Shown: positions 62,290 to 64,000 of the stretch, one piece after another | Numbering within the stretch: the first letter of the stretch is position 1 | Layout: every line of letters begins with the position of its first letter | From: Octopus bimaculoides | Taxonomy: Eukaryota | DNA: 64,000 nt | Direction: 5' to 3' | Assembly (NCBI RefSeq): GCF_001194135.2 | Contig: NC_068981.1 | Coordinates: 154,332,741-154,396,740, forward strand | The notes under the pieces: model-generated | Seen by the model: the letters and a program-made list of their open reading frames with translations, nothing else | Databases searched by the model: none | Told to the model about the DNA's origin: nothing | Made by a program: the position numbers and the translations under genes

Positions 62290-64000
62290 ATATAAAAAAT
62301 AAAATCCTCAGATATTATAAAACAGCATCCATTAGATTTCTATATTTCTGAGATGAAGTTTTGTATTTGTCGTTAAAATGCATTATTCTATTATCAATGT
62401 CATCTTTTTATTTACACTATCCTTTGGTCAGTACATTCTCTGGACATCTTCAGATTTAAAGTCAAAAGCCAGCAGTCCCTTTTTAAATTACAAGTATCAA
62501 CCGCCACTCAGTAGAATCAATAACAGATTTGTAAACTGCTTTAAACAGCAGGCAAATCCAACAGCATCAGTGATGATTCTTATAAACAAGAACTTTGCTA
62601 TCGAATGAATATATTCCTGAGGCACAAATATCTAGCACATTGTTTAATGATTGCATTCATTACAAACATGATTCAAAAGCAAAATTCTAATTCCTTGGTG
62701 TCACTTTGTTACTGGTTGGGAAGACACACAGAATCATCTGTGGTTAATAGCTAGCCAAGAAGTGACTGGAATAAAAGTAATTTATTCCTCTCACTTCTTG
62801 ATTTTATATCAATGTTTGTGGAAGAGTGAAAAAATAACTTGTTAGGATTTAATTTAAAGAACATTAGAAAGTTGTGATCAAAGGGAAAATAACAACATTG
62901 TAACTAGTTGAATATATATGTTGAACACATATGGAACAAAACTGAATGTTACATTCTATATGGAATGTGATTTCATTTACAAAGTACCTTAGTAGACACA
63001 AAAAAAAGTTATGGTGACAAAATATATCAAATTTATAGTTTGATCTATAGGCATATTTCACCCTTTAATGAAATTTTTGACTTATTTCTATTCATAGAGT
63101 ATAAAATTGTTGAAAGTCTAATGTTTATTAGATATGTGCATATAAAAAAATGTATAGATAGATATACATTTGGATAATATTTAATTGATCGAGCCTGGTG
63201 CAGCCTCTGGCTCACCAGTCTTCAGTCAAATCGTCCAATCCATGCCAGCATGGAAAGCGGACGTTAAACGATGATGATGATAGAACTAGAAAATGATCTG
63301 ACAGTACACCCATAAAAATACAGTTTAAATAAAGCAAAAACAAAAAAAAAACATCTCCAAATGACTAATATCATTATATAACATATAGTGTAATATGTTG
63401 TTTTTATATGTGTTCAGGAATTTTTCAATGTACATTTTCCAACTCTGCAAAGAATGCCCAGTCTTCATGAAGCCGTTTAACCATAATAAGCTTATGTGTG
63501 TTGTTCCAGAATCAGTTGATAGAAATAATTACTCTTATGCTTTTGTAGCATAGAAGAATTTATCAATTAGGAGTTGCTCATAAGAGGAAGTATATGGTGT
63601 GTTGTTAAATGCAATATCAGTATATGAATCGTCAGTATATGAAAGAAATCTATTTTGTTATAGATCTTGTAGTAAAAACGGTAAGGTTTTGTTTTGGCTA
63701 TTATTAAATATTAGTGATTTCTTGATTCCTATTATTGATGATGAAAGTTGTTGCAACTGCTAATTAATGTTTCAAAATGCTGCCATGTAATGTTTAGCTA
63801 TACAGAGTTTAGTGCAATAGTTCAAGTATGTTTCATCCACTTTGCTGTCGGGCTAATGTGGTGTGGCAAAAAATTCATTGGTGATTGCAATGGTGGTGGG
63901 CAAAGTGACTTGGCTAGTGTATAGTAGTTTCAAAGCTTTAAAATGTTGTTAACCTTGGAGTTTAGGCAAGAAAAGAAAACCAATTTTATAGTTCTTTTGG

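Noticed and set aside
62454-62530. Possible next supervillin exon (phase 1, DLKSKASSPFLNYKYQPPLSRINNRF)
   Set aside because: The phase fits the previous donor, but the splice signals are weak and the peptide is not recognisable. RNA-seq is needed, so it is not called.

Overview
AT-rich eukaryotic (animal) genomic DNA with abundant microsatellites and scaffold gaps. The repeat landscape resembles an Octopus-type coleoid cephalopod draft assembly; this is inferred from recognition, not a database search. The window lies inside one large + strand gene that I assign as supervillin-like. Seven coding exons splice in one consistent frame (15447-15472, 19318-22829, 25073-25210, 27407-27607, 29666-30412, 41686-41812, 53035-53281; 4998 nt). 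The start codon and the gelsolin/headpiece C-terminus were not found in the window. The 3.5-kb exon encodes a Thr/Ala/Pro/Lys-rich 16-aa repeat array. Introns contain RTE-LINE 3' ends, tRNA-derived SINEs, two mariner relics, a Tigger-like MITE, two piggyBac-like MITEs, a Helitron 3' end and a Penelope-like element (PLE). Most notable observations: (1) an exact 87-bp copy of the gene's own giant exon sits in the upstream intron, fused to (TTAGGG)3 and flanked by an ACAGGG direct repeat, which suggests telomerase-assisted break repair with templated capture; (2) a PLE whose inverted terminal repeats carry a tRNA-like Pol III promoter followed by a minimal hammerhead-ribozyme fold, plus a separate non-coding fold-back derivative of it. 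No prokaryotic features (CRISPR, operons, rRNA) are present.
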